Positions 38,532 to 51,519 of a stretch of DNA of 64,000 nt are shown one piece after another. The translations under genes were made by a program, and so were the position numbers. The notes under the pieces are model-generated. The model was given only the letters and a program-made list of their open reading frames with translations, was not told the DNA's origin and did not search any database. This DNA comes from Eledone cirrhosa (Eukaryota): the NCBI GenBank assembly GCA_964016885.1, contig OZ024758.1:26040001-26104000 (forward strand), written 5' to 3'. Within the stretch, counting starts at the first letter, position 1. Every line of letters begins with the position of its first letter.

Positions 38532-38674
38532 AATAAACAAATAAATAAACAAATAAAAACACACACAGACACCCGGATGTAACACATGCGCAAACTAAGC
38601 ACACAACACACACAAAAACAAGATGGCGTGGGACAGAACAAAGGAGAGGCACAAAACAAAGAAAAGAATCCCCA

Positions 38675-38717
38675 GTCATTGAAGAGGTCACAGAATGTGT
38701 GACGAAAGAACTTTGAC
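38675..38717 (+). ncRNA. Hammerhead ribozyme-like motif in the inverted Penelope pLTR
   Basis: GTCA-TTGAAGA-GGTCACA..TGTGAC-GAAAGAACTT-TGAC: stems I and II pair; core C3 is replaced by T. Confidence 0.55.
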
Positions 38718-38849
38718 AATATATGAAGAACAGTCCGGAAATTTATTAAAAAAAAAAATTTTATTTTTTTATTTATAATAAATTGGAGTGAAAGCAACTG
38801 GTGCGTGTGTTTCTTATTGGCAACATGACCCTCCCAAAGTATAACAATA

Positions 38850-38887
<38 letters not shown>

Positions 38888-39094
38888 CGAAGGAGGTGTG
38901 GTAAAGAACCAGATGGACCATAACGCACCAGAGTACTCATTACTTAGGGTAGTAGAGTGGATAATAGGAAAATGTTAGACTCCGACGGCAGAGCTCAAGC
39001 CGTTTCGACGACTATTTCCATATATATATATATATATATATATCCAGGGAGTGTAGGTTCACCCGTCCTTTTATTATTATTATTATTATATAAG

Positions 39095-39287
39095 GGCGGT
39101 GGATTGGCAGTATCTGTAGAGGGTCGGACGCCATGCTTTGACGCATAGAGTTACGGCCCTTGCCATTCTGAGTTCAAATCCCGCCGACGAGGTTAACTTT
39201 GCCTTACATCCTTACGGAGTCGATAAAATAATGTACCAGTAATGCACTGGGGTAATTGCTGGCCTTGTGCCAAAAGTAGAAACAATT

Positions 39288-39295
<8 letters not shown>
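39095..39295 (+). mobile_element. SINE A
   Basis: Full-length SINE A motifs with a (TAT)n tail. Confidence 0.9.
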
Positions 39296-39343
<48 letters not shown>

Positions 39344-39642
39344 AAAAAATGGGGAGAAGAATACTGCAGCTTGCACATGGATAACATGTTATAAAATGAG
39401 TCCCTCATCAGTGATTTGCCAACGATCATAGATATTTCATTGCATTAAAAATCATATACCTCACGTTGGTGCAATAATAACTAAATTAAGTTATTAGGAC
39501 AATTAAAACGCGTAAAGCGAGTGAGACAAGTAAACAACACAGAGGAAAGCTAACTGTAGATAGGAAGAGGCACAAGCTACATAGTTATATATACACACAT
39601 ATACATATGTGTGTGTGACTGTCTGTGGCCGGTTTATATAGC

Positions 39643-39675
<33 letters not shown>

Positions 39676-39830
39676 TTTATATATATATGTGTGCCTTCCA
39701 ATTTCATGTTACATTATGACATCGATTGGAGACGGTTGCCTCTGACAGGACCCACTAGAGGGAGTGTTTGAGGACTCTTGCCCCACGACCCTCTCATGAA
39801 TAAGTAGGCGAAGAAGAAAAAGAGTGGAAA

Positions 39831-39896
<66 letters not shown>

Positions 39897-39897
<1 letters not shown>

Positions 39898-40040
39898 AAT
39901 TGTTTCTACTTTAGGCACAAGGCCAGCAATTACCCAGTACATTACTGGTACTTTATTTTATCGACCCCGTAAGGATGAAAGGCAAAGTTAACCTCGGCGG
40001 GATTTGAACTCAAACTGTAAAGGGACGTAACTATGCTAGA
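39897..40040 (-). mobile_element. SINE A (partial)
   Basis: 3' two-thirds of SINE A, embedded in AAT/AAG microsatellites. Confidence 0.85.
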
Positions 40041-40041
40041 A

Positions 40042-40087
<46 letters not shown>

Positions 40088-40119
40088 TCTCAGAAACAAT
40101 AATGAAAGAAAATAAAAAC

Positions 40120-40159
<40 letters not shown>

Positions 40160-40191
40160 TCTCAGAAACAATAATGAAAGAAAATAAAAAC

Positions 40192-40240
<49 letters not shown>

Positions 40241-40605
40241 GAGGAGACTGTGGCTCACATTGTATCCGCGTGTAAACACCTAACCCAGACTCACTATAAG
40301 GACTGGAGACATGATGTGATGGGCAGGGTGATCCACTGGCACCTATGCAAAGTAAACAATTTACCACATTCTGAGAAGTGGTATGAGCATAAGCCAGAGT
40401 CGGTGATAGAAAACGATCAGGTGAAGGTGCTGTGGGATTTTAAGATACAGACGGACAAGAAACTGGAACACAATAGACCTGACCTGGTGGTTTTGGACAA
40501 GGAAAAAAGATCGTGCCTGATTGTGGATGTGGCCGGCCCATTCGACACGAGAGTGCAAGAGGAGAGGAAGAAAATTAACCGATACCAGGACTTAAAGTAG
40601 GAGGT
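40241..40605 (+). pseudogene. R4/Dong-clade non-LTR retrotransposon RLE-endonuclease fragment, 5'-truncated into (AAT)n
   Basis: ETVAHIVSACKHL..YKDWRHD..IHWHLC..WYEHKPESVIEND..VLWDFKIQTD..HNRPDLVVLDK...IVDVA.PFD..KINRYQDL (CCHC end plus PD..D RLE). Dong elements are known to target TAA repeats. Confidence 0.88.
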
Positions 40606-40608
40606 AAA

Positions 40609-40908
40609 GATAAAAGGCAAAGTTAACCTCGGCGGGATTTGAACTCAGAATGGCAAGGGCCGTAACTCTTTGCTGCAAAGCATGGCGTCCGACCCTCTAC
40701 CGATACTGTCAATCCATATAATAATGGTTTCTACTTACTTTTGGCACAAGGCCAGCAATTATCCAGTGTATTACTGGTACTTTATGTTATCGACCCCGTA
40801 AAGATGAAAGGCAAAGTTAACCTCGGCGGGATTTGAACTCAGAATGGCAAGGGACGTAACTCTGTGCGTCAAAGCATGGCGTCAGACCCTCTACCGATAC
40901 TGCCAATC
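40609..40908 (-). mobile_element. Two SINE A copies (5' half 40609-40716; full 40725-40908)
   Basis: SINE A motifs. Confidence 0.85.
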
Positions 40909-41049
40909 AAATATTGGCCAGTCAATAGAACTAGTCATGAGCGGCTATGATATATATTGAGTGTTGGAAGACTAAACAAATCAGATGACAACCCAGACAT
41001 TTGATTGGACGTCACCCATGAGAAGTCATCTCAGATGAGAAATGTTCAC

Positions 41050-41515
41050 TGCACACACAATACACACACACACACACATACACACACACATACACACATA
41101 CAAACACAGATTCACACACAATACACATACACACATACACACACACTTACAAAAACACATACGAGACTCACACATACACACACTTACAAACACGCATACA
41201 GAGACTCACACATACACACACACACAGGGACTCACACATACAGACACTTACAAACACACACACAGGGACTCACACATACACACACACACAGGGACTCACA
41301 CATACAAACACACACACACAGGGACTCACACACACACAGGGACTCACACATACAAACACTTACAAACACACACACAGGGACTCACACATACAAACACACA
41401 CACAGAGACTCACACATACACACACTTACAAACAAACACAAGGACTCACACATACTCACACACACGGACTCACACTTACACACACTTACAAACACACACA
41501 CACACACGCGCGCGC
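41050..41515. repeat. CA-rich compound minisatellite (GGGACTCACACATAC units)
   Basis: Low-complexity CA tract with recurrent GACTCAC. Confidence 0.9.
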
Positions 41516-41585
41516 ACCTACAACCACGTGTATTTGTATGAATACATCAAACATCTCTCATTTTCTTGTGTATTATGATTCAAAA

Positions 41586-41770
41586 TAATTGTTTCTACTT
41601 TAGGCACAAGGCCAGCAAATACCCAGTACATTACTGGTACTTTATTTTATCGACCCCGTAAGGATGAAAGGCAAAGTCAACCTCGGCGGGATTTGAACTC
41701 AGATCGTAAAGGGACGTAACTATGCTTGAAAGCATGGCGTCCGACCCTCTACCGATACTGACAATCCATC
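41586..41770 (-). mobile_element. SINE A
   Basis: Full length; flanking TCAAAATAAT duplication. Confidence 0.9.
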
Positions 41771-42167
41771 AAAATAATATTTGTTGTTGAAGTTATAAAT
41801 GTTTAAAATCTAAATGAAGTACCTCCACTTTCTTTGACACCTCACACACCTACACTCCCCCCTCCCCTCTCTCTCTCTCTCAGACTCTCTGGCCCTCTCT
41901 CTCTCTCTCTCTCCACACCCACACATTTATTTTCGCTTCATACCCAAGCGGTGCCACTCGTTATAGATATTTGTTCTAAACACTATGAAACAGATTCAGG
42001 CCTCAATGTTTTGGTCGTGGTATTTCGAAAACAAAACAGCGTAAGAAATTCAACAATGACCACAAAGAAATACTTGTGATTCTTCTGCTTTTCGTATCTT
42101 CGAAGCATGTGGTTATATGACAGTTTCCCATTTCTTTACACAGTCCTTTACATTATTATTAAATTCT

Positions 42168-42360
42168 GGTGGTGGATTGCCAGTATCAGTAGAGGGTCGG
42201 ACGCCATGCTTTCCAGCATAGTTACGTCCCTTTACGATCTGAGTTCAAATCCCGCCGAGGTTGACTTTGCCTTTCATCCTTACGGGGTCGATAGAATAAA
42301 GTACCAGTAATGCACTGGGTAATTGCTGGCCTTGTGCCTAAAGTAGAAACAATTATTATT
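42168..42360 (+). mobile_element. SINE A
   Basis: Full length; TSD ATTATTATTAAATTCTG. Confidence 0.9.
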
Positions 42361-42635
42361 AAATTCTGCGAGATCTTTTAAGCTGCACTGGTTGGATAGT
42401 AGAAGGCAAACAAGGCAGTGCTGCATCGTATGGTCCTCCTCTCCACATTCGCAGATGGTTGGGCCGGTCTTGTAGCCCCATCTGGCCATAGTAGCTTTTG
42501 ATCGCCCCATTCCTGTTCTCAGGGGGTTGAGTGTCTTCCACTGGACCCATGGTGCTTCTGAGACAGGAGGGAGGGCTTCAGAAGAGGGGATTCCCATGTC
42601 AATAGGAGGGGAGTCATTCTCTAGCTTTCTAGTAG
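42360..42635 (-). mobile_element. Ingi/Vingi-like (I group) LINE 3' fragment
   Basis: WKTLNPLRTGMGRSKATMARWGYKTGPTICECGEEDHTMQHCLVC: C-terminal RLRTG...C.CG....T..H...C zinc knuckle. Confidence 0.7.
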
Positions 42636-42694
42636 TCTGGTTTCTTACTTGTGATATAACATATGTTAAGTAACTTTAACTGTATTGTCTTATA

Positions 42695-43059
42695 CAGACC
42701 AGTCAACTCTCCCCGTCCGACGGGGAGATCTCCCACCCATTTTGGGATGGGTGGGAGATGGCTTCTCTTGTGAAAATGGGTATAGCTTTCATTATATAAA
42801 ATCTCTCCGGTGGATTGGCAGTATCGGTAGAGGGTCGGACGCCATGCTTTCCAGCATAGTTACGTCCCTTTACGATCTGAGTTCAAATCCCACCGAGGTT
42901 AACTTTGCCTTTCATCCTTACGGAGTCGATAAAATAAAGTACCAGTAATGCACTGGGTAATTGCTGGCCTTGTGCCTAAAGTAGAAACAATTATATAAAA
43001 TTTTGGGGGCACTTTTCATGGTACTCTCCCGTTTGGGATTTTAGAGGTTGGCAGGTCTG
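42695..43059 (-). mobile_element. MITE family M interrupted by SINE A (42809-42995, plus)
   Basis: TIRs CAGACCAGTCAAC / GTTGGCAGGTCTG; duplication ATTATATAAAAT around the SINE. Confidence 0.82.
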
Positions 43060-44374
43060 CTTCTAATAGGCAAGAATATTGAGGTTTAAGTTCAGCATAC
43101 AGTTGACAAAAAGAACAAGTCCTTTAAATGTCATCAATGAGAAGAGTAGATTTTTAGATCACACGAAATGAAGCATCTTTATTGTTCCTGGGTGGAACAA
43201 TATGTACGATAAGTTGGATGGCAATGTATCTCGTTTTTTTTTGTTGTTGTTTTGGTGGGGCGCGGGGTTTTAGTGTCGTTTTGGTGGTAGTTTGCTACCA
43301 ATATACAGAGAATTGGCAGAGTCATTAGAACGTCGGATAGAATACTTTATGATATTCGTTCCGGCTCTCTGATCTCTGGGTTCAAATCCCACCGAGGTCA
43401 ACTTTGCCTTTCATCCTTTCGAAGTCGATAAAAAAAAGTACCAGTCTAGTACTGGGGTTGATTTCTCCCCTTTCTCGTTTCCTCTTTTTATCTTTCTCTG
43501 GAAGAAATCTGCTGGGGAGAGATGGGCTCCGCCAGGCTTCAAAAATGCCTAAGAGACGCTGTATGTCAATGAACCACCTCTGCAACTCTATCAGGAGTTA
43601 CGGGGCCATACATACATATAGTTTGCTACCAGACAGAGCCTTGAAGATGAAAGGATCTGGTCAACATCCTTGATTTAGAGTAGCTGAAGATGCAACATTA
43701 AAAGCAGCACATTTAACAATTAAAGGTCAAGTTTTATCAATGGATGCTAAGATAACATTCTGCCGTTCAGTTTTCAAAGTATTTCGGGCATTAAATGAAG
43801 AGGATTTCTGTATTTCTGCTGAGAATCTTATATTATCTGGGAATTAATGGATCCATTTTATATGATATGCAAATACGTCAAGAATTCAACGAAGTGACTT
43901 AACATTTGATGGAGATAATAGTTATTTCAATGGAGGTAATCTATTATGATTATATTGAATAAAGCTGTTCTCTCTACAATGTATGTATGAACCCATAATT
44001 CCCGATGGAGTTGTAGGAGAGCCGTAGTAACATAGTGTCATCGACATTTTAACCCTCTCGAGATCAACTTTGCCTTTTATCCTTCTGAGATCGATAAAAT
44101 AAAGTACCAATCAAGAAGATGGGTTGATTTACTCAACTTTGACCTTTCCCAAGTTTGCTGGGCCTTGTGCCTAAACCAGAAATCAATATTTTTACGAGCC
44201 AAGGTGACATTCTGGTTTCAATATTAGCTTTAGACAGTAGCTATAAACCTCTAGATCAATACATTATCTAATAAATTTATTAAATCGTTTTGATTTCGTA
44301 ACAAAGAAATTTCAAATTAGTATGTTTTTATTTACAATACCTACTCTTGATCAAATCATTAACTTTGGGGCATA

Positions 44375-44583
44375 ATAATGGTTTCTTATATAGGCACAAG
44401 GCCAGCAATTTTAGGGGAGAGGAAAGTCGATTAAATCGACCCCAGTGCGTGACTGGTACATTATTTTATCAACTCCGTAAGGATGAAAGGAAAAGTTAAC
44501 CTCAGCGGGATTTGAACTCAGATCATAAAGGGCCGTAACTCTTTGCTGCCAATCCACTGTCCTCGCCGATACTGCCAATCCAC
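44375..44583 (-). mobile_element. SINE A with TSD ACTTTGGGGCATAATA
   Basis: SINE motifs; TSD at ~44362-44377 and ~44591-44606. Confidence 0.85.
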
Positions 44584-45086
44584 TGTCCTCACTTTGGGGC
44601 ATAATAGTACTAAATGTACAAGTATAGGTGCAAAACTAGCGGATATAATTTGTCTTCAATCACACCTCTTGTTGTTGACTTTGAACCGGTATTCCTTAGA
44701 AAAAGGCTGTTGCAATCAACACCACAAACAGGACCATTTTTTCTGTTGTGAAATACCATAAAAATATCAACGTTTAGATTTGAAAGAGTAAGTTCCAGCG
44801 ATAGTAAATGTTGTTGTTTCAGTTTTTGTATAGCAGCAAGATGATATATTTGATATACTTCACATTTCTTTAGAAATCGAGAGATTTGGTTTGATTATGT
44901 GTTGCACGAAAAGTAAATATATCTTTCTAAATTTGCTGACAGATGAGAGATAATAATGACACAACACTAATGAATGAATCATGTATGAACTCATCACAAT
45001 ACAGTTCTGTTGTAACTACCTGAAGACTGTAATTTTTCATGACTATTTGACATGTGTGTAGAAACTCAAGAAATTCGTGTGGCTAG

Positions 45087-45252
45087 CACTGCCGGATTTA
45101 CCAATGTGCTTAGATGTGCTTAAGCACAGGGCCCCGTTGACCGGGGGGAGGGTCTTTTCCTGCCAAAAAATGTTTTACCTCTTTCAAGGCCCAAGTTATG
45201 GGCCTCGTAACTTAACTAGCACAGGGCCTCATATGTCATAAATCCGACACTG
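45087..45252. mobile_element. hAT-type MITE
   Basis: TIRs CACTGCCGGATTTA / TAAATCCGACACTG; imperfect 8-bp TSD GTGGCTAG/GTGGATAT. Confidence 0.7.
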
Positions 45253-46174
45253 GTGGATATTGTCTTGTTGCTAATAGATGAAAAGCAAAGACTTCATTTG
45301 GAAGTTTAACGTTAAATTCGTTGAGAATGTTAACATCTTCAAATGTTTGATAACCTCCAATAAAGTGTTGCAGAAGCATAGTTTTCATGTTCGCCATTTC
45401 TTTCTTTTTTATGCATTTGATCTGCAATCAGTGATGAAATTATTGAAGCTGTGCAATCAATATTTCCATTCTATAGAAGTTCTATAAGAATCTGGATCAA
45501 TTTCAAGCCGAGCTGGGTGAAGCAATTTCTCCACAAAGAAAATATTTAGCAAAATAAATTGAGGGAAGAATCTACACGGGTGTTAATGTCGAAGAATAAA
45601 GTTGGCAAAAACCTCTGAAAACCCTAATGTAACCACTCAATCATTTCTTTCGTTGTTTGGTAAAAAGCACAAAACTCTGTTTCATTCTTTATACCCGAAT
45701 ACAAATATCAAATGGTATTAACATAAAGGAATTTTTACATCAGATATATCAAATATAACCGGGAAATAACTCCACTGTTTAGAATGCATACAATGATTTT
45801 GCATTATAATTACACTTGGACAAATTTACAAAGGAGTTTTGTGTCATCTTCACAAGTGACAGATACTCAATATAAGAGATATTTGTTTGGAATAAATTAC
45901 AAAAAAATGTATTTTGATGAAAGAAGAAAGATTATGGGAAAATGAATCATGTGAGAACGCTAAACGATTGATTTCTCCCAAATAAATGTTGCAAGAGCAA
46001 GCAAAATCGCTATACCACTGTGATTGATGTCAGTAAAATGTCGTTCATTGAAATATACTAAGATGTAGAATACCAATTTAATAGGTTTTATTCCAATCAA
46101 AAACTAAAATATAATAAACAAGAAATATAATAACTGCAGCTAAATATATCATAGATGAACAAAATATATAATAG

Positions 46175-46455
46175 ATCTAAAGTTTGTCTTAAGCCAGAAG
46201 GTTCGTTAGGCTGGTGTTTATCCTGGTTTCATGGCGTAAAGCGAATACAAGACTTCCCCCTGGACAAGATGCAAGTCCATCGTAGTGTTAAACCCCCAGC
46301 TATTGTTGGTTCTCATTTTCAGCTGAGTATAGTGGAGCAACGTGAAATGAAGTGTTTTGCTTAAAAACACAACACACAACCCAGCCGAGGAATCGAACCC
46401 ATGACATTATGATCATAAATCCAACCCCCCTAACCACTGGGCCACGCGCCTCCAC
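46175..46455 (-). mobile_element. SINE B, single-headed copy
   Basis: Colinear with 29920-30215. Confidence 0.85.
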
Positions 46456-46941
46456 AATATAATAGATACCATATAACAATGCTAGGCACAAATAGGTTAT
46501 GCATTTCCTATGTAATGATGTTGTTTTCCTTTATTGAACGATTTCTATGAAAGAAATTTAGATATGTTGCTCCAAATTGCTCTAGCGGGTGAGCTAACAA
46601 AGGAGTCTACACAGTCGCTTGTTCTGCTAAAAATAACAACCAAATCTCTCTAGGCTCACTCTGTGCTGTCTTAAAAAAGAAAGGATACATTAGACACACA
46701 AAAAGATGGGTTTGGCCACGAGTGGGAAGTCTTTCATCCTAGAACTGTTTCTATCAAGACTGACCTCGGGCTAAACAACTGATGAAATAATTACCTTGAT
46801 TTGTGTCCAAACTAAATATAAACCAGACGTGGTGATCAATAGGAAACAGTCCTTATTTATAATAAGTCTAAAACCTTCAAATCAAATTTTCCTGGAAGAT
46901 CAAATATAGAGTAATGCCTTTCGTTCATTATTAATTTTAAT

Positions 46942-47770
46942 GGCGGTGGATTGGCAGTATCGGTAGAGGGTCGGACGCCATGCTTTGACGCATTGAGTTA
47001 CGGCCCTTACCATTCTGAGCTCAAATCCCGCCGAGGTTAACTTTGCCTTTCATCCTTACGGGGTCGATAAAATAAAGTACCAGTAATACACTGAGGTAAT
47101 TGCTGGCCTTGTGCCAAAAACTAGAAACAATTATTAATTTTAATATCGGTGGATTGGCAGTATCGGTAGAGGGTCGGACGCCATGCTTTGGCGCATAGAG
47201 TTACGGCCCTTTCCATTCTGAGTTCAAATCCCGCCGAGGTTAACTTTGCCTTTCATCCTTAGGGGGTCGATAAAATAAAGTACCAGTAATGTACTGGGTA
47301 ATTGCTGGCCTTGTGCCAAAAATAGAAACAATTAATTTTAATATCGGTGGGTTGGCAGTATCGGTAGAGCGTCGGACAACATGCTTCGTGGCAGAGAGCT
47401 ACGGCCCTTTACGTTCTGAGTTCAAATCCCACCGACGTTAGCTTTGCCTTTCATCCTTACGGGGTCGATAAAATAAAGTAATGCACTGGGGTCTTTTTAA
47501 TCGACTTTCCGCTCCCCTAAAATTGCTGGCCTGTGCCTAAATCAGAAACTATTATTAATTTTAATATAGGTGGATTGACAGTATCGGCAGAGCGTCGGAC
47601 AACGTGTTTTGTGACATAGAGTTACGGACCTTTCCATTCTGAGTCCAAATCCCACCATGGTTAGCTTTGACTTTCATCATTATGGAATCGACAAAATCAA
47701 GTACCAGTAACGCACTGGGATCGACAAAATCAAATACCAGTAATGCACTGGGGTCGATTTAATCGACTTT
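46942..47770 (+). mobile_element. Four head-to-tail SINE A copies
   Basis: Copies start at ~46942, 47148, 47346 and 47568, each preceded by ATTAATTTTAAT. Confidence 0.9.
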
Positions 47771-48524
47771 GTTCTCTCTGTGCAATGAACAGTCGACGTT
47801 GAACGGATGGAATGTAACTCAGCACCAGTAAAATGTGAATTCAGAATATAATGACAAACTTAGAATTAGAGACATTTTGTTCTGCACTCGACCGTTTTAC
47901 CATTTAACTATATCATATGTTATATAATATAAAGACATTTATCGGATTTTTTTGCACAATAATCTTTGTCAATAAACCACTCAGACTGCAGCAAACATTG
48001 TTGTATACTTTTAAACATTATTTACTCAACAGCATGATTGTTTTCTATTAAAATAATGCTTCTTATTGGCTGTTCCTTATTGTGTAAATAGGGTGCTGTA
48101 ACATTCATATCCCCCACAAGAGTATTAATGATGTAAATAAAGTAAAATTACTTCAACTGGAATTCCAAACAAGTTTGTGGATTAGGAACAGTTGCATTTT
48201 AACATTTACTTTGGGATTAAATTCCAGAGTATTTTTATGTTTGTAGCAGTTAATAAGTAATTAGTAATTTTTTTTTAGATATTTTTATTATTTCTATAAT
48301 ATATCAGAGTGTTGTAGTTTGCTTGAAGCATTGTTGAATAGGACACACAAATTTAAATAATTTTGAAAACCATACAATGCACTAGAAAGAAAATAAAGAT
48401 TGAAGGAATAATCAATCGTCCTTTTTATCCTTTCTATATAGCTCTACACCTCATCACAGAAGTGAACCTAAACATCGAGTGCTCTCCCGGGTGAACCTGC
48501 AGTAACTCCTAGTTACACCCCTGG

Positions 48525-48643
<119 letters not shown>

Positions 48644-48962
48644 TTCCCAGGTATATTGATTTATTTACCATCTTCATTCTATATTTCCCTTAAAATGGTG
48701 AGACTAAACCTCTGATGAGTACTTGAGTCTCATGTGATTTAATCGTAATCGATAGTTTGTCTTCGACGATCGAATATATTGATTGATTTTTTCTTTAGAT
48801 GATCGATTACATAGATCGATCTTTATCCATACTCTCCAGGTATGAAATAGCACTTACGATTCCGTCTCTGTACATATTCTTCTATAGAATACAACATACC
48901 GTGTTTCTTTTACAATATATGGCCCTTACTCTCTATATATAAACATATATCTTTTAATTTGG

Positions 48963-48999
<37 letters not shown>

Positions 49000-49005
<6 letters not shown>

Positions 49006-49215
49006 AACGAGTAGGACCCCGACGGCTGAGCTCAAGCCGTTTCGACGGCTAATTCTGGACTGAATTAGCCGTCGAGTCCAGAATTAGCCGTCGAAACGGC
49101 TTGAGCTCAGCCGTCGGGGTCCTACTCGTTCCTATTACCCACTCTACTACTCTAAGTATTGAGTACTTTGATGCGTTATGGTCCACCGGGTTCCTTACCA
49201 CATTTCCTTCGTTAT
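49000..49215 (+). mobile_element. Penelope-pLTR-like element with a 5' fold-back, flanked by (TA)n
   Basis: Palindrome 49000-49134; GAAAC-GGCT-TGAGCTC-AGCC-GTC hammerhead 3' half. Family copies at 38886-39020, 62840-62900 and 63326-63430, all abutting (TA)n. Confidence 0.7.
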
Positions 49216-49595
49216 ATATATATATATAGGCTCCTGTTTTTGTTGCACTCACTGATTCTGCTGAGGAGGTCCTCTGTACAGACTGAACAAAAAAAAAATG
49301 GCGTAGACATACAACACAACAGGAGGAACAATGAATATAACACCACTGACGATGTTGCAGATGTGCAACGAAAGATTTATGTAAATTATGTAAACTATAT
49401 ATATGTGTTTGTGTCTATATTGTATCTGTATTATTTTTGACCGCCGGTCAGTCAATGGCAACATTGAGGACCGAGTAAGTTAGATCGCAGATATATATAT
49501 ATAAAAGACAGCGAGAAGCGAAAACCAACCAAACAGTGAGTGTGTTCTGTTATTAATTCTGGCAATATTACGCAAATATGACCCTCCCCAAATAT

Positions 49596-49644
<49 letters not shown>

Positions 49645-49651
<7 letters not shown>

Positions 49652-50070
49652 ACTAGAAATAGATTGACATATATATATATAAAATAAATACATGGAACAA
49701 TCACAGGGAATAATTTGTAAAGGATGTAAGCACACATAGCTAGGTAGGTAACTAATTAAAGTTTAACTAGAACTTCAAATATAGATACATTTGTAAACGC
49801 AGATAGTTATTTTTTTCTCCTTTGGTGACCATCCAGGATTTGACTATTGTGATTTACTGATTAATTGGTGAAATATATTTCTTACTTAAAGAAATATATA
49901 CAAAGGAGATTAATCATTTTAAAAGGTATCTATATTTGAAGTTCTAGTTAAACTTTAATTAGTTACCTACCTAGCTATGTGTGCTTACATCCTTTACAAA
50001 TTATTCCCTGTGATTGTTCCATGTATTTATTTTAGATATATATATATGTCAATCTATTTCTAGTTGATAT
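49645..50070. repeat. Inverted repeat with ~140-bp near-perfect arms, next to (TA)n
   Basis: 49645-49788 is the reverse complement of 49926-50070. Confidence 0.92.
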
Positions 50071-50274
50071 AAAATGCTCGGATCTATTCATTGGAATCTT
50101 TGAGCATATTCTACAGTGGATATGGTGCATGTCTCTCAGACATGACAACCCTTAATTTAATTTTGGATATATATATATATATATATATTTGTTTTGTTTT
50201 GCGAGGTTTTTGATATGAAATCGTGTGTCGAAACAAATATTGTTATACTTGGCGAGGGTCATATGGCGTAGACA

Positions 50275-50320
50275 TAATATATATATATATATATATATAC
50301 ATATATATATACATACACAC

Positions 50321-50351
<31 letters not shown>

Positions 50352-50652
50352 TATACACATATATATACACATATATATACACATATATATACACATATAT
50401 ATACACATATATATATATACACATATATATATATATATATACACACACATATATATATATATATATATACACATATATATATATATATACACACATATAT
50501 ATATATATACACATATATATATATATATACACACATATATATATATACACACACACATATATATATATACACACATATATATATACACATATACACACAT
50601 ATATATATACACAAATATATACATATATATATACACATATATATATATACAC

Positions 50653-50685
<33 letters not shown>

Positions 50686-50734
50686 TATATATATATATAC
50701 ATATATATATACATATATATACATATATATATAC

Positions 50735-50775
<41 letters not shown>

Positions 50776-51142
50776 CATATATATATATACACACATATAT
50801 ATATATACACACATATATATATATACACACATATATATATATATATACACACATATATATATATATATATACACACACACATATATACATATACACACAT
50901 ATATATACATATACACACATATATATACACACATATATATACACACATATATATACACACACACACATATATATACACACACACATATATATACACACAC
51001 ACATATATATATACACACACAAATATATATACACACACAAATATATACACACATATATATATACACATATATATCTACACACATATATATATATATATAT
51101 ACACACATATATATATATACACACATAGATATATATACACAC

Positions 51143-51197
<55 letters not shown>
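50275..51197. repeat. Compound (TA)/(CA)/(GA) microsatellite
   Basis: Direct. Confidence 0.97.
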
Positions 51198-51202
<5 letters not shown>

Positions 51203-51519
51203 ACATTGAATTTAATGAAAAAAGATATGTAATTATCTCAGAATAATCTCCCTAACATTTTGATAGAACTCTTCTTTAGAGATACTTCTCTTATTTATCG
51301 TGGCAAAATAATTCTCCACTTTGTGAACTTTTTCTACTTACTGTTTTCCAACACAAACCATTTCCAGTTTCTTCAGATATTGTTCTTTCATTATGATATA
51401 CTCTGTAATGTTCTAGCTATATTTATTCCAATACTCAGTCTAATATATTTACAACTCCCGTTCAAAGTCTCACATTAACTCATAAGAAATCTTGATTTAA
51501 ACTATTCAGTGGGCTATCT

